Positions 40,069 through 55,006 are shown, counted from the stretch's first letter. The stretch: DNA of 64,000 bases from Bigelowiella natans CCMP2755 (GCA_000320545.1 ADNK01002265.1:1-64000); one strand, 5' to 3'. The notes: generated by a model from the letters alone, not told the origin. A program made the numbers and translations.

Positions 40069-42824
40069 CGTTGATGAAAGTAGGTGCAAACGGATAAGAA
40101 ATACCTCATAATTGTAAGGAATGGCTGCCACTGGTCGTGGAGAATTTTGAGGCCTCTTCTGATAAGAAACAATATCAATATAAATATCGATAGCTTTTCC
40201 TCTCAATAGCCATTTGAATACTTTACACAACCAAATATTGGTATCGTAGTATTGGTAAAATCAATATTGTCCTCATCATACATTTCGTAAGGATGATTGG
40301 TTAGCGAAGAAAGTAGTAGCAGCAACAACCCATGGCAGATGATGTTGGGGATATTGACGACTTCCTCTTCTCTTTGAATCAAGGTATCTTTTCCACAACA
40401 TTACATAATCAAACCACATACTAATCAGGGCATAATTCGCTTCCAAAAAATCATAAACAAAAACAAGCAAAAGAGCAAAGAATGATGTGGAGGAGGGGGA
40501 GAAGGAGAATGCAACAGTAGCAGTCTGTACAGGTGTAGGAACATGAAAACGATGACTGCCAATTCGTATTAAACAGAGACGGATTATGAAGAAGGAAAGA
40601 AGAGATTATGAGGATTATATACCATAAAAAATAAATAGACGTAATGATAACATATCAACAACAGTTTGATGTCTCAACTACAACTATAATAGCAAATAGT
40701 ATCAAAAACAAATAAGCCATAGTTTTGTATCTGTCACCGCTATAGCATTGAGAAAACTGTTCAATACCGCAATCGTGTTATAAACTAATTGAATAAATTC
40801 AGAAGAGGGAACGTTGGCGGTACTATATTCAGTACCTTTGTAATTGTTGCGAAGACTGTTGTATACGAGAGTGATATTGATGCTGCTGAACAGCATATAT
40901 TCCTCCACCGATCAATGCAACAGTCGCTACCAAAACAGTATTATAGAGGAAGATATTGAAGGAGGAGGATATACAACAATAATACCAACAAGAAGGAGTC
41001 CTAGGATGATAATCATGATGATGACAGCAATACACATCATACATGCCCCATTTATATATTACAGCAGCGTATTAGAAATAGAAAGGATATCAATCATACG
41101 CAAGTGGAGGTGACCTAACGTAAGGATTAGAAGATGATTCTTGGAGAATGAGAATAATCTTTTCTCCATTGACTGCTGATTATTTCCTCCTCCTGAGAGC
41201 TTGTTCTTAGGCACAATAAGAGAAGATGAAGAGGATGATGCGTGTAGTGCCTAAAACCATCATAATGCATGCATGAGTATAGCAACCGCAACAACATATA
41301 TTTAGCTGAGCACAATGTCAAAGAAACATGATGCATCATAAAGATGTGTTGTCATCATCATACGATTAGATGAGTTATTGGTGCAGTAGCGCACTGAATA
41401 GTGAATTAAATACCTACCAGACATATGCCGATGTTCATCACTAAAGCAAGTAAGGCGTTTTCGTATCTGTTTCAATGCACAACAAGCACGCATTTGATCG
41501 GTTGTCAATTAAGGAAGACTTGAGTTACAACTACTACTACTACAGTGAATGAATAGGGCAGTCTTCCATAACACCGCACAACATCAATGCCCGTCAATCA
41601 CAAAAGGTAAACAAAACAAGATTCTTACAGCGATTCCTTCAGTGTCGGCTTGATATCCTCAATTAACTTCGTTATGCGGTCTTTTATACAAACAACATCA
41701 CCCAAATAAAATTAGAATTAAAAAGCAGCAAGCTGACAAGGATGTGACAATAAATTGATGAGAACGATGCAAAAATTACATACAATCTGTGTAGTAAGAA
41801 GGAAGAATCTAATATATTATGATACTGCTACCGGAAAGAATGTGGGTAGCCTGTCCTCCAGAGGCAACTTGGATTTCTCTGTTGTCAATAAATAAGGTGT
41901 AGGAATAGTGTTGTTACTATACAGGCTCAGACACCCACCACTTTATTAACCAAAGCACTAGCTTTACCTATCAGCGACTGAAAGAAGGATCAAAACCTAT
42001 AATGACAGTTAGGAGATCTTTATTAGTTTTAATTCATATATCTTAGTCACAGCAGCAGCACCATCCTATCACCACCATCTGTATGAGGTATTATCCCATC
42101 TCATCTGAATAGTACCAGAAGTCAGTGTGTTATTGCGATGCCGTGTGTAGTGATGGTCTAATTTTTTTATATATATTATAGCCATGCTTACCCCATTTCC
42201 ACAGCCTTCAGTTCCAAGACCCCAATTATCTTTTAGCACCGGCAGCAGGGTAGATGAAGAGACGCAGGGAGAGAGTTGGAATGCACAGAAAACATACTTT
42301 ATCATTAAAAATACGGAATGATTTACATAGATGACGGACTTAAGTAATGATAACCATAGATGTCTATAGCCAGGTCTTCAGCATCAACTCTAATGACGTA
42401 ATAATAACAAAGGGGCCATCATTAATATCAATGCTCTGAATATTCACAAATACTATATGAGCAAAGGGGGTGGGAAGGATGATCAACTTGCTTGTTATCA
42501 TCTATTCGATGATCCAGACAACAACGTGTACGTATCATGAGCAGCGACTGCAGTGCACATCTTCTACTAGTAGTTGGTGATATGGAATACCGAGGAGATA
42601 TAGATTCCATAATTGCAATCCCAACCTTGTTGATTGGAGAGGACAAATGATTCAGTTCTAAACACTTATTATGCTAAGAATCTGTACGTTTAATGTCTTG
42701 TCTCTTAATGGCAACATAAAGCTGTTCTCTTAAGTGATAGGAACTTACTTGGTAGCCATCGTCCACTTCAATAATCTCCCCGTTTCCACTTCATAACACC
42801 ACACACACAAACACACACACACAC

Positions 42825-42862
<38 letters not shown>

Positions 42863-43410
42863 TTATCAAGATGATCTTAATTGTTACTATCCTTATTTTC
42901 ACCTGTTGATTGTTGGACACCATACATGCGTATCTTGCCTTACAGAATGAATTACATGCTCTAGTTTGTCCAGTGCTGAGCAGAGCGCAGTAAGTAAGTA
43001 AGTAAGTATTGTGTTTTCGATACAATTCACAGATCGTCAAATTCATGTACAGAACAAACACACAACGACAAGCCAACTTATCCTATCGATTTAAATGTCG
43101 TCGAATACTCAACAGTATCTACCCATATTATTACCCGTAGGTGTCAATATTCCATCAGGATCACAAACAGTGCTCATTTCTGGACGTCTGCATTTGACGT
43201 AGTCCTAAAGATTGAAACGACGCTGAGTTCGTGGGGGAACACTCGACATATTTTCGGTCACAAAAAGAAAGCAAGAAGTACCTTGCTTGGATCTGGAAAG
43301 GTAAACTGGTCATATCCTTCCGAGTAATAGGGGGAGGCCTTCAGCACCGGAAAAGGCTGGGCTTGGGGCAGCAACGTAGTGACAACCAGAAATGATCCTA
43401 GTGCCCTCAT
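36880..43410 (-). CDS. Membrane protein: signal peptide + TPM (MOLO-1-like) domain + TM + C3HC4 RING finger; putative membrane-anchored E3 ligase
   Basis: ATG 43410 gives MRALGSFLVVTTLLPQAQP..FPDPSK|DYVKCRRPEMSTVCDPDGILTPT|ALDKLEHVI..|GYQ|VGIAIMESI..|DNWGLGTEGCGNG|VLILLSVADR|EIQVASGG..|YENALLALVMNIG (TPM, ~41418-43330). TM is LLILTL|ATVALIGGGIY. RING is CCCCF..|SVKLRCGHRFCVECVAEYLY|RFDKCPLC (~38925-39575). The 3' end is uncertain. Confidence 0.75.
39211..39345 (-). repeat. 45-bp tandem repeat x3 abutting a 3' splice site
   Basis: tgttgttccatagYataaacaagacatacatgcagcatcatagcg repeated three times with one mismatch. Confidence 0.95.
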
Positions 43411-43999
43411 ATCTCACTCCCCTTCCTTTTTCAACACTTTTAGCGAGGCCAGTGTGTTTATCGAGTCTTTAATACATGCAATTTTATGCACGCAGCTTAT
43501 ATTGGAGTTTGCAGATGCTGACTTACTTGGCCCCCCTCCTTCTCCTGCCCCCCTTTGTTGTTTCCGATGATGCCGAATTCTAGAGAATTAATTCAGAGGT
43601 TTATTATTTCGCTCACTTCCTTTTTTCTTGTTTTTCTTCGACCGAACAGATTTATTTTCAAAGTCGCCTACATCCATAATGATCTATGTGAACACCTTTC
43701 GCTTTTGATAAAGAAATGTCGACATAGCTGTCGCATTCCCAAGATGCATGCCGAATAGCTTGTACACCAGAGCGTTTCCATTTCATCGAATTTTCTAGGA
43801 GATCTAGCAGGTTAAGTCAAATGATGCACTTCTGCTCAGCAGAAGGATTGACGCACCTGGAAAATTGCTTGCATTTGGGAAATGTTTTGATCAGAGTTGG
43901 TAGTAGCATGACGATAAGAAGAAGGAAGACACTATTCAATCACGCACGTCAAAGACATCCCCTCCCCTCATTCACCCTCCTTCAATTGCAGCACCAGTA

Positions 44000-45264
44000 A
44001 TGGCAGTGTGGGCACATGCAACAACCATAGGGCTTTCGAGTATATCGCTTCTCTTCACAGTTGTGATGATGTTTGGAACAAGAGGACAAGTTGGATGGTC
44101 TGTAGGAGAGGAAGATCTGAACAACGACGAGGTCTTTGTCCGCTTTGGACTCATTGGATTCGAAACAAACTCGAAGGGAAACGAAGGAGTCTTCGGAATT
44201 TACAATTACGATAGCGAGGGATGCAAGGATATCTTTGCTGGAGGACAAGTTGACAGCGACACTTGCGATGATTGCGCTGGGGCAGGAGGAGCAGCTTTTA
44301 CGTAATGATAATAAAAATTTAGCACAGCTTCAAGTTTATAAGAAAATTATTTGATTCCAGCTTCACGTTTTTTGGCATGGTCTTCTTAGTGGTGCTTCTC
44401 GGTGCTCAATATTTGAGGTATAGCAATAAATATCATGTGTACATTGTGATATTCTGACGGCAACAGTATGATGTAACAATCAGATTCTCCGGTTTTAGAC
44501 ATAAGCACATGATCGAGTTTATGTTTCCAGCTCTCAATCTTCTCAATTTTCTTATTGCTTTCTGCTTCTTCTTGGTGTGGACGATTTGGATTGGCGGCTG
44601 CCACCAGTATTTAAGGGTAAATTGTGATAAGATGGAAAAGAAGAGCTAGAAACATGGAAATAACATGGTGTTCCTACAAATTCTTGGAATAAAGTAACAA
44701 AATGAAACATGGGAATAATATGGTGTTACTAATATAAATTCTTGCAATAAAGTAACAAAATTAACGTGATATAAATGGTGGTGTTAGTGATAGTAATTCT
44801 GCACGCATAATGATACAGTTAGGAATAATGATTGAATGGTACTTACACTGCTATTTCTAACGAATTGTTGTCATTGCATTCATCAAGGATGACGAAATAT
44901 TCAAGGAATTCGATGTTACTCCCGGTGCTGGATGGGCACTTGGATTTATGATATTTATTTTCTCTATTGTCGGGGGAGTTTTTGAGCTTGTGTTTGCTGA
45001 AACGTTGAGCCCTCCTATCAAGACAATGCCACGAGTGGTGAGGAAGGATGTTATCATAAAACCTAAAATTCAAGAATTAACTTAAGATTTTAAATTGATT
45101 GTGATTTGCTGGTTGACCTTTCTAGTCCATCCCGGATGTGGATACCAAAAAAGATGAGGAGAAAGTGGAGGTGGCGCATGATGCTCAGCCAGGCGTTCCA
45201 AGTGCACCAAGTGCCCCAGTAGCTGTTGCTGTTGAAGTAGTCTCTGATCAACCAGGACAAAATG

Positions 45265-45298
<34 letters not shown>

Positions 45299-45317
45299 TA
45301 CTTCTTCTCCTGACTAG
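44000..45317 (+). CDS. Claudin/PMP22-superfamily-like four-TM protein
   Basis: TM1 is followed by a W..FGLIG..C..C..C extracellular loop (44000-44301). TM2 is FTFFGMVFLVVLLG, TM3 is ALNLLNFLIAFCFFLVWTIWIGGC and TM4 is PGAGWALGFMIFIFSIVGGVF. The acidic tail ends ..TSSPD* (TAG 45315-45317). The N-terminus may extend upstream. Confidence 0.7.
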
Positions 45318-45319
45318 CT

Positions 45320-45960
45320 CTGAACTGGAGCAACCTTCTGAGGTGAGAGACAGTTTTCTCCCACAAGATGACGAGTCACATGATCGACACCTGTTTGTTC
45401 AACATTGCTATCCTCAATATCATGCTAGCATGATTTTTCTAATGTTCGATTTTCCTGGAAAAGTCCACCTTCTAGACCTTGCTAGCTTGAGATCAAGTCT
45501 AGAAGTGGCGTCAAAGTATATATGTGTCGCAGTCTAGCAGTGTGCATTCCATGCCCGGTCTTTCTAGCCTTGCTGGCCGCAGTTGATCCAGCATTGCATG
45601 CACATGTCGAATGCTGCAGGTGCGCACTGAGTCAGCTTAATGATTTTTGGCTAGCTTGATGTAATTGTCTAGTTGTGCAAGTGAGAACATGGCTTATTCA
45701 GCTGGTCAGCTCTGGAGCTAGTCAGCATCCATTGTGCAAAATGATTTGCATCATTTCATCTTCAAAGAGAAGTGTCATGCAAAAGCTGAAAAGACGACTC
45801 AAACAATGACTGCAGCAATTGAAGTTCACACATCAGTCATCAGGTCACGATGAATTTCAGTGCTAGAATCCAATGAGTGGCGCACAATCCTTCATTTACA
45901 ACCATTTACAGTTGTCTGCACATTCAAAACAGAGCGTACGTGCTCATGAAAAACCCTGAT
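45320..45960. other. TpA-depleted intergenic island 3 (convergent gap)
   Basis: Lies between the claudin-like (+) and TPR (-) 3' ends. Hand count for 45541-45960 gives 11 TpA in 420 bp, 5 of them in CTAG. Confidence 0.8.
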
Positions 45961-45961
45961 C

Positions 45962-47023
45962 TCACAATGATTGCTCTTTGTCTGTGGTATCCGTCACAGC
46001 TTCTAGTTTTTCCTTGATCTTTGAGGGGATGTCCTTGCACTGCACTGCCTTCTTGAATTGCTTCATTGCGAGAAAGTTGTTTTTTTGTTTCAATTCAAAT
46101 ATTTGCCCCTAATAATTTAGTGAACGGAGTATGCTCTGTGTGAGAATTTAATGAACCTGGGAGCCAGCAGTGACTATTAACCTTTCTCCAATGCGCTCTC
46201 CAATAATTGGGATTAAATTTCAAACTCTCTTCAATTTCCTATCAGAGATAATGATCCCCCCGAAATGCACACTCAAATTGGTTGTCCTCATGAATCATTG
46301 AAACGATCAACAAAGATCAGAATTACTCTCAGGGCTTCATCTGGTTTATGGAGCCTCAAGAAGCAAGTACCTCTACCACAAAAATTGTTCAGTTTCTGGC
46401 AACATATGAGAGTAATAATTCTTACAAGTTGCAATGGAGAATTGAAAGGAGCTCTAAGGGCAGAGCTAAAGGAGGACGAAATTTTTCATTAGCCAATTCG
46501 ATTCCCATCAAGTATTTTTCAGCTGCAGTTTCACAGTTCCCCTCTCGAAACAGACTGTTTCCCCAGTTCTTAATATCTTCAGGGGTCAGATTTAGTTTTT
46601 TTATGGTCCCCTACAAGTAAATTGGAAAAATTACGAAGACTTATTTAAACTCATATTGTTCTTAAGTCATACGTTTTCAACATTCTGTGGAATTTCAATG
46701 TCGTAATCGAACGGATTTCTCTTGCCTTGCAGAACCTATATGTAAACAATTTTAGATTAGGAAAGTCATTATTTTGCGAGAAAACTACATGATAATCATA
46801 TTAAGAAGGCTCCTATGCTTTGTTGGGGTTCATACCATCCTCTTTTCATTTGAGCATAGATTCTCTAACCCCATGCAGGTAAGTAGATCCTCTGTCGATT
46901 TCAGTTCCTTTTAATATGAATGATTGATATGGGCATAACTGAACTCAATAAGAAGCTCACTCCAATCTCGAAGGCCTTCATCGTAGAAGTATCGGAGCCG
47001 AGTATTGGCTGTGCTGTTTCCAT
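45962..47023 (-). CDS. Small TPR-repeat protein (missed by the ORF track because of short exons)
   Basis: Spliced ..TPEDIKNWGNSLFREGNCETAAEKYLMGIELA..LSILHCNL|GTCFLRLHKPDEALR|EIEESLKFNPNYWRAHWRK|GQIFELKQKNNFLAMKQFKKAVQC..EQSL* gives three TPR units of the co-chaperone type (K..GN..F..G.Y..A...Y). The start codon is uncertain. Confidence 0.8.
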
Positions 47024-47499
47024 GCAGCTGTGTGTTGGTTTCCACAAGCCACTAAATGAATGACTATGGACACCACAAATAGACTTTTATCAGTTGTCTT
47101 AGGATCTAAATACCCTCAAATTGACAACTTCGAAAAAATAGAAATAAAAAGCTAATGCCGTGCTACCATCCACTGCGACATTTATATATAAGACCGATAG
47201 ACATCATAGAGGAAGATGCATAGCAGCGCAAGAACAAACGAACAAACTCATCGCAATTAGATCTAGAGGTCTCAACAATATCTTCAACTCGATTCAATTT
47301 ATCTCCTCAGAACATACACGTACAAATTGGCATTGTCGCATTTTAAAATTGTACTGAGTTGTTAAATAAATGCCGCCTCAGATTTGTGAGGCGAAAAAAT
47401 AATAAGTGTTGGAATGTGCAAAGGAGTAAAATATAAAAGTGGAAGAGAGAGACAACTGTGACACGCTAACCCCTTTCTAGCTTTGGTGCACCTTGAAGG

Positions 47500-49743
<2,244 letters not shown>

Positions 49744-49849
49744 GATTGTGAGATTTGTAAATTTTGAGCAAAACAAAGTAGCTGCTAACCGTAGGCTCTA
49801 TCTATCTGCGTTCATGAAATGCGTTGATCAAACATGTTTCTACTCAAAG

Positions 49850-51050
49850 CAAACATAGCGCAAGTCTAGAATTAAGGGCATTTTTTATTACGCCTTGATT
49901 ACTAGATTAGCCGTGCTAGCTATCTAGGCGTTTAGCGTGTGGCTGACGTCTGGCTGTGCCATGACACGCACTGACATCTAGACATGCTAGCATGTTGCAA
50001 GACGCCTTGAGAGGACTAGAAGACAAGGATAGTCCACGAAGTTTGTTGTCATGTAGCGCTAGCTAGCAAGCAGCGGAGGCAAACAAACAACTCTAGCTAG
50101 CTAGCTAGCTAGAACAAGCTAGCTAGCTAGAACAAGCTAGCAAGTGATGCCCCGCTAGCCCGCTCTAGCTAGCTTGCCAAACAAATTGCTAGCTGAACAA
50201 GCATCCGCCTCTACATCTAGTGATGCGCAGCATTTCACTCAATGTCGATTAGCCATGTTCAAACTAACAAGCTCCAGAGCTAGCTAGCTAGCTAGCAAGT
50301 CGCACAGATGTCTAGACGTGACGGACTAGCTAGCTAGCGGACACAACTAGCTAGCTAGACAATCTAGCAATCTAGCAATGTGCAGTGTAGAAGTGATCAA
50401 ATGTTTTCAACAGTCATTCCAACGTGGCTGTGCAATGCAGCGGCCACAGCGCACACGCTAGCACGTTGTGTCTCGACAACCCCAGATCCTTTGCAGTTTG
50501 ATGATCTGCAAGTTTCTGGCAGCAAGTTCAAAGCTCTAGCTAGCTAGAGCTCTAGCCAAACTAGCAAAGCTACAAAATTTTGCAGGCTAGCTAGCTAGCA
50601 GCTAGCCGTCAGCGCTAGAACGCAGAGCAGCAGGGCTAGCAGGAGAACTAGCTAGAGATCTTGGAGACCGTCTAGCCGTGCAAACGTGCAATAACTAACT
50701 CTAGAACTAGTCTAGCTGCATGCTAGCATGCCACACAATTGTTGAAATAGTTTATGTTTGTTCAGCATCCTGGCATTGCTAAGCATGCTAGCATGCATGC
50801 AACATGAATTGGAATGACAGCATGTGCATGCTAGCTAGCTAGCATGTCTGTCTGTCATGTGATTTGTAGTTTGTCTAGTTGTGTGATGATCAACTCGTGC
50901 TAGCTAGCTAGCGTGTGTGTGTACGAAAAAACACGTACTGTCATGAACAGCCACACGCAACAAAACACGAATGCAGCACACCAATGTTCCTAGCAGCATT
51001 TTGTTTTACCATGAGACATGACAGGCATCTAGATGTTCTGCTACAAATCC
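49850..51050. other. CTAG-saturated, otherwise TpA-depleted intergenic island 4 (convergent gap)
   Basis: Lies between the MAPK (+) and PRCC (-) 3' ends. Hand count for 49921-50940 gives about 60 CTAG versus about 17 other TpA. Confidence 0.88.
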
Positions 51051-51093
51051 ATTATGAATAAACACGCACAAGCGGAATGTGGCGTGAAAGTAG

Positions 51094-54000
51094 TCACCAG
51101 CCATATTTCATCGCAGTTTCCTTTTTCGTTCTGTGCGACATTTATAGAAAGACGTCATTTAATGCGAAGTTGGAAGACATAACTAACAGCGACATCTAAT
51201 TTCCTTCCTACTCATCACAACCCCGAATCTCCACCATAACCCACGCACGTCCAAATAGAATGTTTACCTCATATGCTTTGCTCTGCGCATCGCAAGATCA
51301 AATTCGTTCATAGCAGCTTGATGAGCCAAACTAAAGTTCAATACGGAACAAATGAAATGACTCTTCAGCTTGGGAGAAATCGGTTACATATTTGCAAATC
51401 ATTTTGCAAATCATGCTATATAGGGTTGTTCAATTCGGCAAGGAGGATTCAGGCTGAAAGCATAAGGTATCGCGACGGCAAAATAATGACGCGCAATACC
51501 TGTTGATCTGATGTTTTCTTTTGTGAAGCTTCGAAACCTTCTGCTGTACGACATCTCCAATCTTTTGAAAGAGAAAACGAATGATAACAACAAACGTAAC
51601 CATTAAAAACAAGCAGTGTTCTGAGCACGTCGCGTGTAGATTCGAAAGCAAATTCATAGCTTGGGTGAAATTTTCAAGATATTAGTGAAATATTCCGACG
51701 GTTACCTTCGCGTTATAAAAGAAAGCTGTTTGCTCTTCAATGCTCGCTTGCTATGCGGTTTGGAAAAGACAAAAGCATATAATGGAGAAGACGTCATCGT
51801 TAATGATAATGGTGCTCACAATCCATTAAAAAATGATTATCGACAATCAGAGAAATACATAGCAAGAGGCAATGCATATTCGTTATCATTACCATAATCG
51901 TCATGAATATGACAACGAACCAACATAAAACAAATGAATCATAATGAGCAAAACACACACATTAACATTCACAAATGCATACTCATACCGCGATTCCCTT
52001 GTTCTGAAATTCTTCAAAAGCCTTCTCTGCCCTGGTCTATTAATAAGCAAGTCGCAATGAGCAATAAGTGGTTGATCCTAGCAGCTAATAATCATTCGTG
52101 TTGAAAGTGATGAGGTTTAATAGGCTGCATATGCAGCAGCACCACTATCATCATTATCACCAGTAACAACACAACGACACAAAGAACACCAATCATCTAC
52201 CTTGACTCTCAGCTTATCTGCTGATACATCAACAAACTTCACGCCTGATAAAGAATAAACGGATGATGATGATGATGGTGACGATGACGATGATGATGAA
52301 ACCAATACTACTTACGACCCCCCCCCAATGAAATGGCATTAATATTGGCATCTATAACGCGCCTTTGTTAATTAGGACGGAAGAAACTATGGCTCTGTTT
52401 ACTTTTCCCCTCCCAATAGTTGATCCGTTTCTATGATGATGTTGACAACCTCCCAATAGTTGATCCGTTTCTATGATGTGATGTTGACAACCTTTCTTGA
52501 GTTCTGCAGCCATGATGGGGTCAAAACACTGAGAGGTATCGAACTTGCTGTCGGATTAGTAAAAAACAAAACAACTCTTAGATTAAATGCATTGGTAACG
52601 AAATACAAATCGCTGTAAGGAGAACAAATGAAGATACATTCACAACAAATGGATTCAATAGGCGGAGTCCCAACATCAAACCGAAATGCTTTTAGTGCTG
52701 GTTGGCCAAGCCTCTCCTACCATAATCCCCTCGCCTCTCCCTCCTCCAAAACCTCTTTTCCATCTCTTATCAAAATTGGAATTTTGATGAAGATGTTCCT
52801 ACCTTGGTTTAGGAGGACGGGGTCCATACGATGAAGAGGTTGCTCCTCCCCCACCTCCCATGTTGTTGTTATTCTTGTTGGTATATCCCCAAGGATTTGC
52901 AGATCGCTGCTGTGACGACGGTGCTGATGATACATCGTTGTAGCCCCAAGGAGACGACGCAGCAGGGGAAGATTGCGGGCCATAACTGCCACCTGAGGAT
53001 GAGCAAACGTTGCTTTTGTTGTTGTTCTTGTTGTTATTGAAGGCATAAGAATGATGTTGGTAGTGTTGTTTTTGTTGTTGATAACGATAATGATATGAGC
53101 TTGGGCTTCCTCTCATATCTTCAAGATCCGTGGATTATAGATAAGAGATAGGCAATATATTTACTGGGTATGTAGCAGCTAGCTTCTTGGGGCGTGTAAT
53201 ACGAACAAATCACAGTTTCCCTTCTTGAATCATGGAGGTTTTCGTTATCGGCATCATCCCCCTCCCCCACCACGACCAATCATCCATACTACTGCTGTGT
53301 ATTCTACACGCACATCACATATCATTCTAATACCTTGATAATGATGATATTGGCTGTTGCTTGAAGCATAGTTGTAAGGCTGGTGCTGTTGCAGGTGAGG
53401 GTTGTAGGCATGCTGTAGATGGGAGGAGGAGGAGGAATTCGTGGAAGAAGCTGCTGCTGGGTAGTTCTGGCCAAGGTAGCTGCGGGCATGCTGTGAATAG
53501 CCTGAAGGAAAACCAAAACAAAACAATAATGACCGTTCATGATAAATGTAAAGAAAGGATGGGTGAAGCCATAATGCTACTTCCGAGTGATGCCGATGAT
53601 GAAGGCGGTGTGGTGCTAGTGATGCTAGTATGTACATTCACATAAATATATTCATAAAGATACATTGGCCTGATACCTGTTGTCTGCTGACGGTACTGAA
53701 GGGAGTGATCATGATGACTATTCGGTGAAGGTGATGGGCCTGGTGCTGCCGCAGTAGTAGTAGACGGAAAGTAACGTGAGGGATTTGGTAGCTGCTTCGA
53801 TGGTTGTTGATGAGCCTGAACGGAGGCTGCAGACGAAGAAGGGAAAGCACAATTTTGGTGTGGTGGAGCGATGGAGGAAGATACGCCTTTCTTCGTTGCT
53901 CTTGATGATGATGATGATGATAAGCCGGGTGGGGGTGCTAAGCCTCCACTGCTGCTGCCCTTAGATACACCACCACCACCACCAGCAGCTGCGGCAACAA

Positions 54001-55006
54001 CCTGTGAAGGTACCATCCCACCTCTCTTCTCGCGGATAGTGCCCCCACCTAATATGGCCGAGCGAGCCTGGAAGGAAAAAGTCGGCACTGCATTAGCTTT
54101 GCAACGAAGCAATATAATTAACGCTATCTGGCCTGACGATGCAACGCAATCTATGAAATCCATGCTTAGTTGTTTTTTTTGAATATTTGTAAGGGAACAA
54201 CGCCCTATATCGCTCTAGCACCTCCGCAGCTTCTGTAAGCTTGTTCTTTGGCTGGGGGAGCATGGAGAAAATCCCTTCGATAATCCAGCCATAAGTAACA
54301 CAGAAGAATGCGACAGAAACGTTAGGGAATTTAGTAGTCGATTAAGGAATTGTTAGAACACAAAGGCACTAATGAATCACAAATCAAAAACATAATCATG
54401 AGTTACAAACCTTCGTCTTCTTCCTCGGGTTGCGGTTCTTCTGTTTTTTCGGTCTCTTTATCCTTTTCTGTATATAGGCAGGAGGACATTACCCGACGGA
54501 CAACAAACACCACAGATAATAATGATGCTGGTGGACGAAAGGTCACTTTATCCGTTTTAATTGTAGCATATGGTACGATATGCATACCCTCCTTTTTCTC
54601 GACTGCCACCCACTCAGACTGCTTTTTCTTTTTCTTCTTCTTTTTTTTCTTCTTCTTCTTTGAGCTTTTTGGTTTGGGAAGTTCCTTGAAAGACTTCGGT
54701 CTTTTGGGTTCAAGATCTGACAGTTATCATTGAAATAGTATTGATGAATCACTTAATAAGATACAGTAAAATACTAATTGCTACCTTCGTCGTCCTCCTC
54801 TTCTCCAAACGGGTCATCAAGAGGATCCTTCATGCTCACACCTGTCCGCATCGAGGGATGATCAATGCCACCGGGAGAGATAAAACCATGAATAAATCAT
54901 GCTTACCGGCTGCAATAGCTGCACCTGGAAGCACAATTCCTTTCCCAGTTTGCTGGTCCTCTTTGTCCTCATCGTCCGAGGAGCCATACCCCGCGAGAGC
55001 TTCCAT
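51094..55006 (-). CDS. PRCC: Proline-rich protein PRCC homolog (mitotic checkpoint/splicing-associated)
   Basis: N-terminus MEALAGYGSSDDED, a Pro/Ser/Gln-rich middle, then VKFVDVSADKL..W and the diagnostic C-terminus KLHKRKHQIN|LAHQAAMNEFDLAMRRAKHMR|TKKETAMKYGW* (TGA 51094-51096). Confidence 0.85.
52410..52493 (-). repeat. 40/42-bp tandem duplication at the 5' end of a PRCC intron
   Basis: cctcccaatagttgatccgtttctatgat(gt)gatgttgacaa occurs twice in tandem. Confidence 0.92.

Noticed and set aside
49850-51050. Autonomous transposon or telomeric/centromeric satellite
   Set aside because: No transposase or reverse-transcriptase ORF, terminal repeats, TTAGGG-type arrays or long periodic unit was visible; the islands share composition, not alignable sequence.
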